Origin: Verrucomicrobiota bacterium
GTDB taxonomy: Bacteria > Verrucomicrobiota > Verrucomicrobiia > Palsa-1439
Reading direction: 5' to 3'
Assembly (NCBI GenBank): GCA_037142335.1
Contig: JBAXAT010000001.1
Location: 1-25,500, forward strand
Length of the DNA stretch: 25,500 nucleotides
The notes beneath the pieces are model-generated. The model searched no databases, was not told the origin of the DNA, and saw nothing but the letters and a program-made list of their open reading frames with translations. Both the position numbers and the translations under genes were made by a program. Below, one piece after another: positions 17,243 to 25,500 of this stretch. Numbering within the stretch: position 1 is the first letter of the stretch; each line of letters opens with the position of its first letter.

Positions 17243-20200
17243 TTGTCTTTCCGTTTTCAAACTTTACCAGACCTGAGCGTCCCTTGAACGTCACGCCGTC
17301 CTGCGTTACCTCACGCACTTCCGGGAAGAGAAAAATTAAATGTCTACGGCCTGTCGCCCAGCGGATTTCAACCGTTCCAGACGCGAGCTCATTTACAACC
17401 GGCGGAGCCTCAGCGCCGTGCCGCAACGGGAAAAGGACCACGCCGTAGTCCCCGCCAATTTCGGCGCGAGCTTGAATGCGGGTCTGATCTTGGTTCATCT
17501 GAATGTAGCTGTGAGTCCGGTGATGATGGAATAAACTGGTTAGTGATGCCGGCGGCTTGCGGTAGAAAGTTAAGGCCACGTCCACGCCAAACTGGCCTTC
17601 GAGCCACGCCGTTTGGTCTGCGATTTTTTCGGTACCCGGCTTGGCGAGCGTCCAGACGTTCCACTCGCTGGAGTGGGTGGCCGGGACTACGTCGCGAAAG
17701 ACAAAATATGTAGCGGCGTCTGGGTTCTGATTGTCCTTAACGAAAAGAATCTGCCGCTGCCAATCGGTGTTGGCAGCCGGCGGCATGGATTTGTCACGGC
17801 AGCTTGGCGACAGGCCGGTTTCGTGCGTGCGAACATAGTCCGCCTCCGCGTGCGTTACAAAGACATCCGGCGGCGCGGTCAACCACGGCAGCGCGGCGGG
17901 ATGGTAATTCACTCGGTTGTGGTATTCCGCCTCGTTCGGGCTGTAGTCAATCCAGTCCAGACAGAGCGGCGCACCTTTGGCGAACAACGAAAAACTGCCT
18001 TGATCCTCATCGTAATGGCCGTAAGCGAAGTTACTTTGACGGTAGGTCATAAATGTTTCGTTGGAAGTGCCAAAGCCATGACGGAACATGACGCCGAAAC
18101 CGGGAACAGCCACACTCGTACCGGTAATTGGCGCGGGCTTAATGCTGCCATCCAATACGTGCTCGTTCATGAGTAACAACGCATCTCGCGATGGACGCCC
18201 CATCTTTTCCCAACACCAGGCGGCGTTACCGGCTTGGACCGGGAACGTTTCCCGGCCACTGAAGGCCAGATATGTGTACATGTTGTTGAAGAACGGCACA
18301 TTGTCGCCCAGCGCCATAGGCATTCGTTTACCGGCAAAGCGAGGGTCAGGCGGCGTCAGTAGATTAGCGTAATAAGTCGAGACCGCCATCAGCCGCTGGC
18401 CGTAGAGTGGGTCCTTCACGAGATCGATGATGCCGGCATTCTTAAGAATCAACACCGTCATATTAATTGGAGTATTTCCTGCGCCCTGATAGCCCGGTGA
18501 CTCCAGCCACGCGCCGCTGGGATTGATTGACATCAAGATGTCCGCGCACACAAGCCGCCGGCACAGCTCGAACCATTCTTTCTGCCGGGGATGCCCCGCG
18601 CACAATGCCGCGCACTTCGCCAAAGCATCGGTGGCAATGCTCATCATATTTGGATTCGACGGCCCACCACCGTAACTGTGATAGGCCCAGTAGTCGGAAT
18701 CAGAAATCTTGTATGCGAGGAAGGCGACGACCGCCAAGGCGCGACGCCGTTCCTCGACTGTGATAGAATTGGAAGCTAAGCTGATATCCACCAGTGTCGC
18801 GCTGTGGCGGACGATTTCCTGGAAGCGATGTGTGTAGGTGTCGGTCGTATTGTGGCCGCCGGTCAGGAACGTGATGGCAGAGTTACGGAGTTCACCGAGT
18901 TGTCCAAACGCTTTCTTCAACCCGGCGTCGTTGCCGGTCAGCAGTGCTTCTGCAGGTTGATCGCTGTGTATGATGGATTTAATGTTGGCCGGTAGTCCGA
19001 CGTAATCGCGCTTCATCTGCGCAATGCTTGCCGGCGTGTAGTAGATCCGTGGAAATTCCATATCAGCCGGCAGATTCCATTCAAGCGTCCAGTCCTTGAC
19101 TTTATCGAGCGGTGTCTCGCCGTGTTTGACTTGGGCTCCTCGAATTGGCGAGAACACTGAGCCGCCGTGCTTTTTAGATTTTTCCTCGGCCCCTGCACCG
19201 CTGTCGCCGACCATCAATCCCCATTCTCGGTGACCTTCAAACGCGATGAACTGGCCCACTACGCCTTCGTCCAGCCACGGCAGCGGCACCTGATTCTCGA
19301 CCGCATGCTGCCAGCGGCTCAGGTAACGCGAGAAAAAGCCGAGATAGTCGGCACTCTTACCGGGCGCGTCAAAACCAACCGCTACCACCCGGTTGCCGCG
19401 ACCTTGGTATGGCGTCAACAGCATCCCTTGTCGCCAGTCGCCGGTTCCGGCAGGCAGTCCCGGGCGAGTGAGAACAGTCCCGCCGCCTAAGTCGTACTTG
19501 GTCACGCGCTCGGCTTCCCAATTCTTAAAGAAGTTGAAGCGGAAGCATGGGTAATTCGTCGCCGCCGTGGTCACGTCCATCCAGCCCATACCGCCGCGAA
19601 CTAGCCAGTTGCTCAAGGCCGATGGCGTGCCCGGCTCTGGCGCAAGGTCCGGCGGCGTGACAAATATCGTCTCCTTTAACTCGTCGGAAGAGAGTGCGAA
19701 GTCTTCCTCGACGAGCACCACATCCTCGCCAGCAACAACCCGCACGCGCACCTGATAAAACTTGCGTTCATCAAATTCGTAGCGGAGTGTCGCTTGCGCG
19801 AACAGCGGCCCGTCGGCATCCACCGTGACCGAGAAGGCGCGCACCGGCCACGATCCTTGCAGACTTCCCTCCCCAAGCCAACGTCCCGATAGCCCTTTCA
19901 CGGCTTGGATTGGTGCCGGCAACTTATCGAATGGCATTCCCGGCTTAAAACCGGCCGGGACGGCGACCCGCACCGCCATTCGACCCGCCGCGAGAACAAG
20001 CGACGTCCCATTGTTCGACCACACGTTGGCATAGCTGTGGCTCTGCGCCGTCTTCGGCTCAGCACTCAAAGTAAAGCGGCGCGAACCATATGGAGCAAGA
20101 TCGACGAGGAGCGCCAGGCGCCATGCTGCCTTTCCAGTGGATGGTGTTTGCCGGTAGAACTGGAATGGCAGCGACTGGCTCATCTCATCAGTCACTGAGT

Positions 20201-20396
20201 ATCTCGATTCATAGCCTAGAACAGCATTTGTATCTTTGACGGGAAAGAAGACGAGTTCGTTGGTCCAGCCGTGTCCCAGACTTTCCTTAATCTCCCAAAT
20301 CTGTGGCTCTTGTGCCGTGGCAGACGAGATAGCAATCAGAATGAGAAACTGCAGAAAACTCGACGAGCGACCAATTACTGCTCCCGTCTTTGTCAT
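17205..20396 (-). CDS. Large secreted protein (1063 aa), probable heparinase II/III-like polysaccharide lyase fold
   Basis: Signal-peptide-like FLQFLILIAISSATA/QE, helical middle region with WLESPGY, and C-terminal GHYDEDQGSFSLFAKG..YHN resembling Hepar_II_III. The CDS is confident; the function is tentative. Confidence 0.7.
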   Translation of the reverse strand: MTKTGAVIGRSSSFLQFLILIAISSATAQEPQIWEIKESLGHGWTNELVFFPVKDTNAVLGYESRYSVTDEMSQSLPFQFYRQTPSTGKAAWRLALLVDLAPYGSRRFTLSAEPKTAQSHSYANVWSNNGTSLVLAAGRMAVRVAVPAGFKPGMPFDKLPAPIQAVKGLSGRWLGEGSLQGSWPVRAFSVTVDADGPLFAQATLRYEFDERKFYQVRVRVVAGEDVVLVEEDFALSSDELKETIFVTPPDLAPEPGTPSALSNWLVRGGMGWMDVTTAATNYPCFRFNFFKNWEAERVTKYDLGGGTVLTRPGLPAGTGDWRQGMLLTPYQGRGNRVVAVGFDAPGKSADYLGFFSRYLSRWQHAVENQVPLPWLDEGVVGQFIAFEGHREWGLMVGDSGAGAEEKSKKHGGSVFSPIRGAQVKHGETPLDKVKDWTLEWNLPADMEFPRIYYTPASIAQMKRDYVGLPANIKSIIHSDQPAEALLTGNDAGLKKAFGQLGELRNSAITFLTGGHNTTDTYTHRFQEIVRHSATLVDISLASNSITVEERRRALAVVAFLAYKISDSDYWAYHSYGGGPSNPNMMSIATDALAKCAALCAGHPRQKEWFELCRRLVCADILMSINPSGAWLESPGYQGAGNTPINMTVLILKNAGIIDLVKDPLYGQRLMAVSTYYANLLTPPDPRFAGKRMPMALGDNVPFFNNMYTYLAFSGRETFPVQAGNAAWCWEKMGRPSRDALLLMNEHVLDGSIKPAPITGTSVAVPGFGVMFRHGFGTSNETFMTYRQSNFAYGHYDEDQGSFSLFAKGAPLCLDWIDYSPNEAEYHNRVNYHPAALPWLTAPPDVFVTHAEADYVRTHETGLSPSCRDKSMPPAANTDWQRQILFVKDNQNPDAATYFVFRDVVPATHSSEWNVWTLAKPGTEKIADQTAWLEGQFGVDVALTFYRKPPASLTSLFHHHRTHSYIQMNQDQTRIQARAEIGGDYGVVLFPLRHGAEAPPVVNELASGTVEIRWATGRRHLIFLFPEVREVTQDGVTFKGRSGLVKFENGKTTIVPLECARMTP

Positions 20397-20403
20397 GTTT
20401 CGG

Positions 20404-20432
20404 AGTGTAGCTACTCTACGTATCTTTGACAA
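20404..20432 (-). promoter_or_regulatory. sigma70 promoter for the 1063-aa gene, overlapping the 3' end of the ATPase gene (leaderless geometry)
   Basis: TTGTCA (20432-20427)-17 nt-TACACT (20409-20404)-7 nt-ATG (20396); no SD. Confidence 0.6.
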
Positions 20433-22461
20433 GTGCGCCGTCGGCAGAATCGTGAGATCCTTGATAGCGCAGTAGCCGCATCGCATTCAGGATGACGATA
20501 ATGCTACTGAATTGGTGGGCGATTGCGCCTCCGATCATATGGAGGTGGCCAGTACTAGCCAGCGTGACCATTGTGACGTTATACGCCAACGCAAACCACA
20601 AGCCTTGTCGGATGATTTTAAGCGCGTGCCGACTCAGGCCGACGCTGAACGCAATCTTAGACAGATCATCCGCCAGCAGTGCGACGTCGGCGGCTTCGTG
20701 GGCGACATCGGTGCCGGTCACGCCCATCGCCATGCCGACATCGGCCACCGCCAATGCCGGCGCGTCGTTGACACCATCGCCGACCATTGCCACCAGGCCG
20801 GCCTTTTTTAACTCCGTGATGTGCGCGGCTTTTTGTCCCGGCAAAACTTCGGCGTGAACTTCGTCAATGCCGAGTTTGCCGGCAATGTCCAACGCGACGC
20901 GGTGGTGATCGCCGGTGAGCATTACAATTTTTTCGATGCCGAGTTGCCGGAGTTGGCGTATGGCTGCGCCGGCATCGGCGCGAACGGTGTCAGCCACAGC
21001 GATGCTGCCGCATAGTTTGCCGTCGTGTGCGAACAAAATATCATGATGGTCGCCGGTCACGTCGATGGCGCGTTCCGCTAGAAATTCGGAATGCCCAATC
21101 ACGAGTGTCTGACCGGCATGTTCGGCGACTACGCCGCGCGGGTGTGACGTGAACGAAGTTGGATCAGCCGGCGTCTGGTCGGATTTGCGGACGATGGCGC
21201 GCGCGACCGGGTGCGAACTCATTTTCTCAGCGACAGCGGCCAAGCTGACGAGTTCGGTGGCGGTGTGATGACAGCTGCGGCGGACGTCGGTGACTTCCGG
21301 TTGGCCGTTGGTGAGCGTACCAGTTTTATCGAAGACGATGGTGTGGAGCCGGGCGGTGGCCTCGAGAAATTGACCACCTTTGATGAGCACGCCGGCGCGG
21401 GCAGCGCGGGCAATACCGGCCATCACGGCGGTCGGTGTTGCCAAAATTAAGGCGCACGGACAGGCGACAATAAGCACGGTGATGGCGCGATGCCAATCTT
21501 GTGTGAGCGCGAAAACTAGCCCGGCAAGTGCGAGCATTACCGGCACAAGCCAACAGGCGAGCCGGTCGAGCGTGCGCTGGATTGGTGCTTCGCGTTCTTG
21601 AGCTTCGGCGACGATGCGGGCGATTGCGGCGAGCGTGGTGTCGGCGCCGACGCGCGTGGCCTCGACGATGAGCGCGCCGGATTCGGCGAGCGTGCCGACG
21701 AAAACTTCGGCACCGGTGGTCTTGGTGACTGGCATGCTTTCGCCGGTGACTGGCGCTTGGTTGACGCTAGCGATGCCGGAACGCACGATGCCGTCGGCCG
21801 GAATTCGTTCACCGGCACGGACGACGACTGTGTCGCCAATTTGTAATTCACCGGTGGGAATTTCGATTTCAGTTTCTCCACGGCGGACACGGGCGGTGGC
21901 CGGTAGGAGCGCGAGCAAGCTTCCGAGGGACCGGCGGGCGCGGCGCGTGGTGAAGTTTTCGAGTTGTTCACCGAGTTGCATGATGAAGGCGACTTCACCG
22001 GCGGCGACGAATTCGCCGACCGATGACGCAGCGATGATGGCTGTGGCGACAAGGACGTCGGCGTCGAGTCGCCGGGCGCGGAGCGCTTTGAACGCCCGGT
22101 AAATAATTGGCCACGCGCCGAGCGCGGTGGCGAGGATGATGACCGGTTGGAAGTGAAACGCCCAGCCGCCGAAAAGTAGTGCACCGATGCCGGCGGTTTG
22201 GGCGAGTTGCCAGCGGGCATGTCGAAGTTCATCGGCGGCTTGGCGCCGGGAGGGTGGGCGTGCGGTGTAGCCGGCTTGGTGGACGGCGTGAATTAAATCT
22301 GGCTCGGTAGTTTGATCGGGATCGAAGGTGATGCGGGCGGATTTGGAAAGAAAATTTACGTGGGCGGTTTGGATACCGGCGACACCGGTCAGCGCAGTTT
22401 TGATGGCGCGGGCGCAGTTGGCACAAGTCATGCCGTCAATCTGGAGTGTGATAGTTTTCAA
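20416..22461 (-). CDS. Heavy-metal-translocating P1B-type ATPase with one N-terminal HMA domain
   Basis: GMTCANC, TGES, CPCALILATP, DKTGTLT, HP, GDGVNDAP. TTG start. Confidence 0.95.
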   Translation of the reverse strand: MKTITLQIDGMTCANCARAIKTALTGVAGIQTAHVNFLSKSARITFDPDQTTEPDLIHAVHQAGYTARPPSRRQAADELRHARWQLAQTAGIGALLFGGWAFHFQPVIILATALGAWPIIYRAFKALRARRLDADVLVATAIIAASSVGEFVAAGEVAFIMQLGEQLENFTTRRARRSLGSLLALLPATARVRRGETEIEIPTGELQIGDTVVVRAGERIPADGIVRSGIASVNQAPVTGESMPVTKTTGAEVFVGTLAESGALIVEATRVGADTTLAAIARIVAEAQEREAPIQRTLDRLACWLVPVMLALAGLVFALTQDWHRAITVLIVACPCALILATPTAVMAGIARAARAGVLIKGGQFLEATARLHTIVFDKTGTLTNGQPEVTDVRRSCHHTATELVSLAAVAEKMSSHPVARAIVRKSDQTPADPTSFTSHPRGVVAEHAGQTLVIGHSEFLAERAIDVTGDHHDILFAHDGKLCGSIAVADTVRADAGAAIRQLRQLGIEKIVMLTGDHHRVALDIAGKLGIDEVHAEVLPGQKAAHITELKKAGLVAMVGDGVNDAPALAVADVGMAMGVTGTDVAHEAADVALLADDLSKIAFSVGLSRHALKIIRQGLWFALAYNVTMVTLASTGHLHMIGGAIAHQFSSIIVILNAMRLLRYQGSHDSADGALVKDT

Positions 22462-22469
22462 TGTGAATT

Positions 22470-22498
22470 AGGCTAGCGCGACTTGTGAGGGTTGTCGA
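22470..22498 (-). promoter_or_regulatory. Candidate sigma70 promoter for the P1B ATPase
   Basis: TCGACA (22498-22493)-17 nt-TAGCCT (22475-22470)-8 nt-TTG; no SD. Confidence 0.45.
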
Positions 22499-22502
22499 AT
22501 GG

Positions 22503-23243
22503 TCACCGGTGGCGGAGCGCGCCGGTTGTGGTTTGAAAGTGTTGTCGGAACAAACGGCAGAGCCGGTAAGCGTCGCCGAGTCCGACGCGGGGCGCGATTT
22601 CCTTCAATGGTAGATTCGTGGTCAACAACAGATCACGCGCGGCTTCCAGTCGAATCAATCGTAAATCTTGCATTGGCGTATTTCCGGTCAGTCGTTGGTA
22701 CCGACGCACGAAATGAAATTTGCTTAAGCGACTCTTTTCGGCCAGATCATCCAGCGTGAGTGATTCGCGCAGACTGAGGCGCATAAACTTACGGAGATCA
22801 GCCACCCACGGGTCCGCGCGTTGGGCGGTCAGTCGTAAATACTCAGCAACGATGGCTTGAGCGAAGACCAGACCAGCGCCTTGCCGGAACGCGGAATCCG
22901 CCTCACGTTCGGCAAAGAGCCATCGTGCAAGTTGACTGAGACGGCCGGCAACGTCGGTTACCATCAATTGCGACGGGCTGCGCAATTCTGGCCATTCGAC
23001 CTGAAGGAACAGCGACTCAACCGGCACCTTAGGTTCCGTCCATTCACGGTGGGCGACACGATTGGGATACCAGAAAACGTCACCGGTGTTTCCAGACAGG
23101 GTTTGCCCTTGAATTTCGACGTGTAGTTGGCCGGCAAGCACCACAACTAGTTCGTGACGCGAATGCGCGTGTGTGTCCATCTGCCAACGCGGGTTTGGAA
23201 GGAGATGGCCGATGCTGTGCAGTTTAATGGCGGCGAAGTTCAT
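22503..23243 (-). CDS. AraC-family transcriptional regulator (cupin ligand domain plus double HTH)
   Basis: HAHSRHEL..G..H cupin; LTLDDLAEKSRLSKFHFVRRY..TP..RLEAARDLL..LKEIA..VG..F HTH. ATG 23243 preferred over 23324. Confidence 0.92.
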   Translation of the reverse strand: MNFAAIKLHSIGHLLPNPRWQMDTHAHSRHELVVVLAGQLHVEIQGQTLSGNTGDVFWYPNRVAHREWTEPKVPVESLFLQVEWPELRSPSQLMVTDVAGRLSQLARWLFAEREADSAFRQGAGLVFAQAIVAEYLRLTAQRADPWVADLRKFMRLSLRESLTLDDLAEKSRLSKFHFVRRYQRLTGNTPMQDLRLIRLEAARDLLLTTNLPLKEIAPRVGLGDAYRLCRLFRQHFQTTTGALRHR

Positions 23244-23245
23244 GG

Positions 23246-23290
23246 AGCAATTTTCGACAATAGTTAGCAATCCCAGCCATTGCCGGCAAG
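23246..23290. promoter_or_regulatory. Candidate AraC-type operator: GCAA repeats at about 20-bp spacing plus a TTGCCGGCAA palindrome
   Basis: AGCAAT 23246-23251 and 23266-23271, GGCAAG 23285-23290, ACAAT 23257-23261; palindrome 23280-23289; lies in the divergent intergenic region. Confidence 0.4.
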
Positions 23291-23338
23291 TGAGATTTGC
23301 GGTAGTGGTTTGCCATCTAAACAAAGGAGATTTTATTT

Positions 23339-24394
23339 ATGGCTAACAAAGTGCGAATTGGTTTTGTCGGTGTGGGCGGGATGGGGCAATGCGCTCACTT
23401 GAGAAATTATGTGACGGTGCCGGAATGCGAAGTGGTCGCGCTGGCGGAATTGCGTCCGAAACTGCGCGAGGCTGTGGCGCGCAAGTACGGCGTGGCGCAC
23501 ACATATGCGAGCGCGGCTGACATGCTCGTAAAGGAAAAACTGGATGGCATCGTAGCCTCCCAACCATTCGATCGACACGGCCAAATTATCATTCCACTTT
23601 ACGGGTCGCGGATCCCTGTTTTCACGGAGAAACCAATTGCCGCGTCCATTGAAGTGGGCGAGAAAATGCTAGCGGCGCTCAAAACTAGCAGGACTTGGCA
23701 CATGGTCGGCTATCACAAGCGCAGCGACCCGGCCACGATGTGCGCCAAGGCTGAGATTGACCGGTTGAAACAGACCGGTGAATTCGGCAAGCTCAAGTAC
23801 ATCCGTATTCTCATGCCAGCGGGCAACTGGATTGCGGGCGGGTTCAATGATTTGATCAAAAGTGACGAGCCGGTGCCCAAAATAGAAGCTGATCCGGTGG
23901 CGCGCGACATGGATGCGGCAACGTGGGCTAAATATGTCAGTTTCGTGAATTATTACATTCACCAGGTCAACCTACTGCGGCACTTGCTTGGGGAATCCTA
24001 CCAAGTCACCTACGCCGACAAGTCCGGCGTGTTGTTGGTGGCGGAAAGCGCCAGTGGAGTGACGGGAAGCATCGAAATGACCCCTTACCAGACCACGATC
24101 GATTGGCAGGAGTCAGCGTTGGTGGCGTTTGAGAAAGGTTTTGTGAAGCTGGAGCTACCGGCACCGGTGGCATTGAACCGACCCGGCCGCGTTGAGTTCT
24201 TCCGCGATCCCGGCAACGGCGTAACGCCGCAGTCAATTGTCTCGCAGATGCCGTGGATTCATGCGATGCGCCAACAAGCCATTAATTTCGTCCGTGCGAT
24301 CAAAGGCGAAATTAAACCGCCATGCGACGCGGCGGAGGCGTTGGAAGATTTGAAAGTGGCGCGCGAATATATCCGGTTGTGGACCGGTAAGTAA
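23339..24394 (+). CDS. Gfo/Idh/MocA-family oxidoreductase
   Basis: RIGFVGVGGMG, TEKP, VGYHKR. Strong SD AAGGAG. Confidence 0.92.
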   Translation: MANKVRIGFVGVGGMGQCAHLRNYVTVPECEVVALAELRPKLREAVARKYGVAHTYASAADMLVKEKLDGIVASQPFDRHGQIIIPLYGSRIPVFTEKPIAASIEVGEKMLAALKTSRTWHMVGYHKRSDPATMCAKAEIDRLKQTGEFGKLKYIRILMPAGNWIAGGFNDLIKSDEPVPKIEADPVARDMDAATWAKYVSFVNYYIHQVNLLRHLLGESYQVTYADKSGVLLVAESASGVTGSIEMTPYQTTIDWQESALVAFEKGFVKLELPAPVALNRPGRVEFFRDPGNGVTPQSIVSQMPWIHAMRQQAINFVRAIKGEIKPPCDAAEALEDLKVAREYIRLWTGK

Positions 24395-24396
24395 GA

Positions 24397-25485
24397 ATGG
24401 CCGGCGCCCTCACACCCGGCGAACGCGTTGTTCGTTGCTTGACCGGCGGCGAGATTGATCGCGTGCCATTTGGTGTGGGATTGGGTTGGAATCCGTGGGG
24501 CGAAGCGTTGCCAAATTGGTGTCGCGTCACCGGTATCGCAGATTTGGAGCCGGCAACGTATTTCGGATACGACCGCAGTTTCGCGTTGCCGGCGGTGCAC
24601 TGCGGAATTTTTCCGGGCTTTGAAAAAATCATCATTGAGAAAAATGCCGCGTTCACCACTTGGCGTGATGAACGCGGCATTACGCTAAAGCAGGACAACG
24701 CCGGCGGGTCGATGCCGGACTGGATTAATCATCCGGTGAAGGCGCCCGCCGATTGGGAGAAATTGCGCGACCGGCTCCAGATGAATGACGCCCGCATTCA
24801 GGAAGATTGGCCGAAGTTTCGCGACCGACTCAAGGCGACCGGTGAAGCGGTGCAAGTCGGTGTTTTTCCATGGGGCGTGTTCGGTACAGTGCGCGATTTA
24901 CTCGGCAACGAACAGGTGTTGTACGCATTCTACGATTACCCGGAGATGGTGCGCGATATGATGAATACGCTCACCGACCTTTGGCTTGGTTTGTACGAAT
25001 GCGTTGCGGTTGAGGTGCAGATTGACCACATCCACATCTGGGAAGATATGTCCGGCCGGCAAGGCTCACTCATCTCGCCGGCAATGGTCGAGGAATTCAT
25101 GATGCCGTGCTACGACCGGATTGTGGACTTTGCTAAAGCCCACGACGTCAGGGTCGTCAGCGTGGATACCGATGGTGATTGCAGTCAGCTTGTACCAATT
25201 TTTATGAAACACGGGATCAATATGATTTTCCCGTTCGAGGTCCAGGCCGGTAACGACATCCGCGAATATCGCCGGCAATATCCGACGCTCGGAATTATGT
25301 TCGGTCTCGACAAACGCGCGTTGGCCGGTACCTTTGCCGATGTGGACCGGGAACTTGATAAGGCAGACTGGATGATCAAGCAAGGCCGGTATGTGCCAGG
25401 CTTCGATCACCTCATTCCGCCTGACGCGAAGTGGGAAAATTTTCGGTATGCTGCGGAACAAATCCGCAGTTTGTGCAACCAATAA
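24397..25485 (+). CDS. Uroporphyrinogen decarboxylase (URO-D)-fold protein, not HemE
   Basis: IHIWEDM..LISPAMVEEFMMPCY, VDTDG, PFEVQAGND, FGLDK, GRYVPGFDHLIPPD; lacks the HemE N-terminal RQAGRY motif. Confidence 0.85.
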   Translation: MAGALTPGERVVRCLTGGEIDRVPFGVGLGWNPWGEALPNWCRVTGIADLEPATYFGYDRSFALPAVHCGIFPGFEKIIIEKNAAFTTWRDERGITLKQDNAGGSMPDWINHPVKAPADWEKLRDRLQMNDARIQEDWPKFRDRLKATGEAVQVGVFPWGVFGTVRDLLGNEQVLYAFYDYPEMVRDMMNTLTDLWLGLYECVAVEVQIDHIHIWEDMSGRQGSLISPAMVEEFMMPCYDRIVDFAKAHDVRVVSVDTDGDCSQLVPIFMKHGINMIFPFEVQAGNDIREYRRQYPTLGIMFGLDKRALAGTFADVDRELDKADWMIKQGRYVPGFDHLIPPDAKWENFRYAAEQIRSLCNQ

Positions 25486-25500
25486 GGAGAGAACGATTAT
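25484..25500 (+). other. SD and probable first bases of a further operon gene beyond the window
   Basis: AAGGAG (25484-25489), 9 nt, then AT at the last two positions. Confidence 0.55.

Noticed and set aside
20397-20486. ORF-track N-terminal extensions (also at radC, hflX, both 7.7-kb genes, yidC, jag, AraC)
   Set aside because: They overlap neighbouring genes or promoters; downstream starts fit SD, coupling or promoter geometry and family N-termini better.
21537-22232. 231-aa Pro/Ser-rich alternate-frame ORF within the ATPase
   Set aside because: Frame artefact of C-rich codon usage; the ATPase frame is uninterrupted.
1-25500. CRISPR arrays, tRNA/rRNA, IS elements, integrases, riboswitches
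   Set aside because: None seen; intergenic gaps are all about 130 nt or less and no spaced repeat arrays or transposase motifs were found by eye. The HTH_17 domain alone is not evidence of a prophage.

Overview
GC-rich bacterial chromosome segment, probably PVC superphylum (Verrucomicrobia-like; inferred from gene content and style, not established). It holds about 25 tightly packed CDSs and no visible rRNA, tRNA, CRISPR array or mobile element. Housekeeping blocks are miaA-hflX-radC, gmhA, rpmH-rnpA-yidD-yidC-jag and aroD. Accessory/catabolic genes include an MFS transporter, two Gfo/Idh/MocA oxidoreductases, class V and class IV (D-amino-acid) aminotransferases, an SDR/creatininase-like/serine-hydrolase/CBM9-like cluster, a 1063-aa secreted lyase-like protein, a P1B heavy-metal ATPase, and an AraC regulator divergent from an oxidoreductase plus URO-D-fold operon. 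Two real genes are missing from the ORF track: rpmH and a minus-strand gene running off the left edge. That edge gene is the most striking feature: an excisionase/MerR-like HTH_17 DNA-binding domain fused to a GspE/PilB-type secretion ATPase with a substituted Asp box, preceded by a perfect 9-5-9 dyad covering its predicted promoter. A second window-wide signal is that six operon-leading genes have sigma70-like -35/-10 boxes ending 6-8 nt before the start codon with no Shine-Dalgarno, i.e. candidate leaderless mRNAs. All product calls come from motif recognition by eye; no database searches were run.
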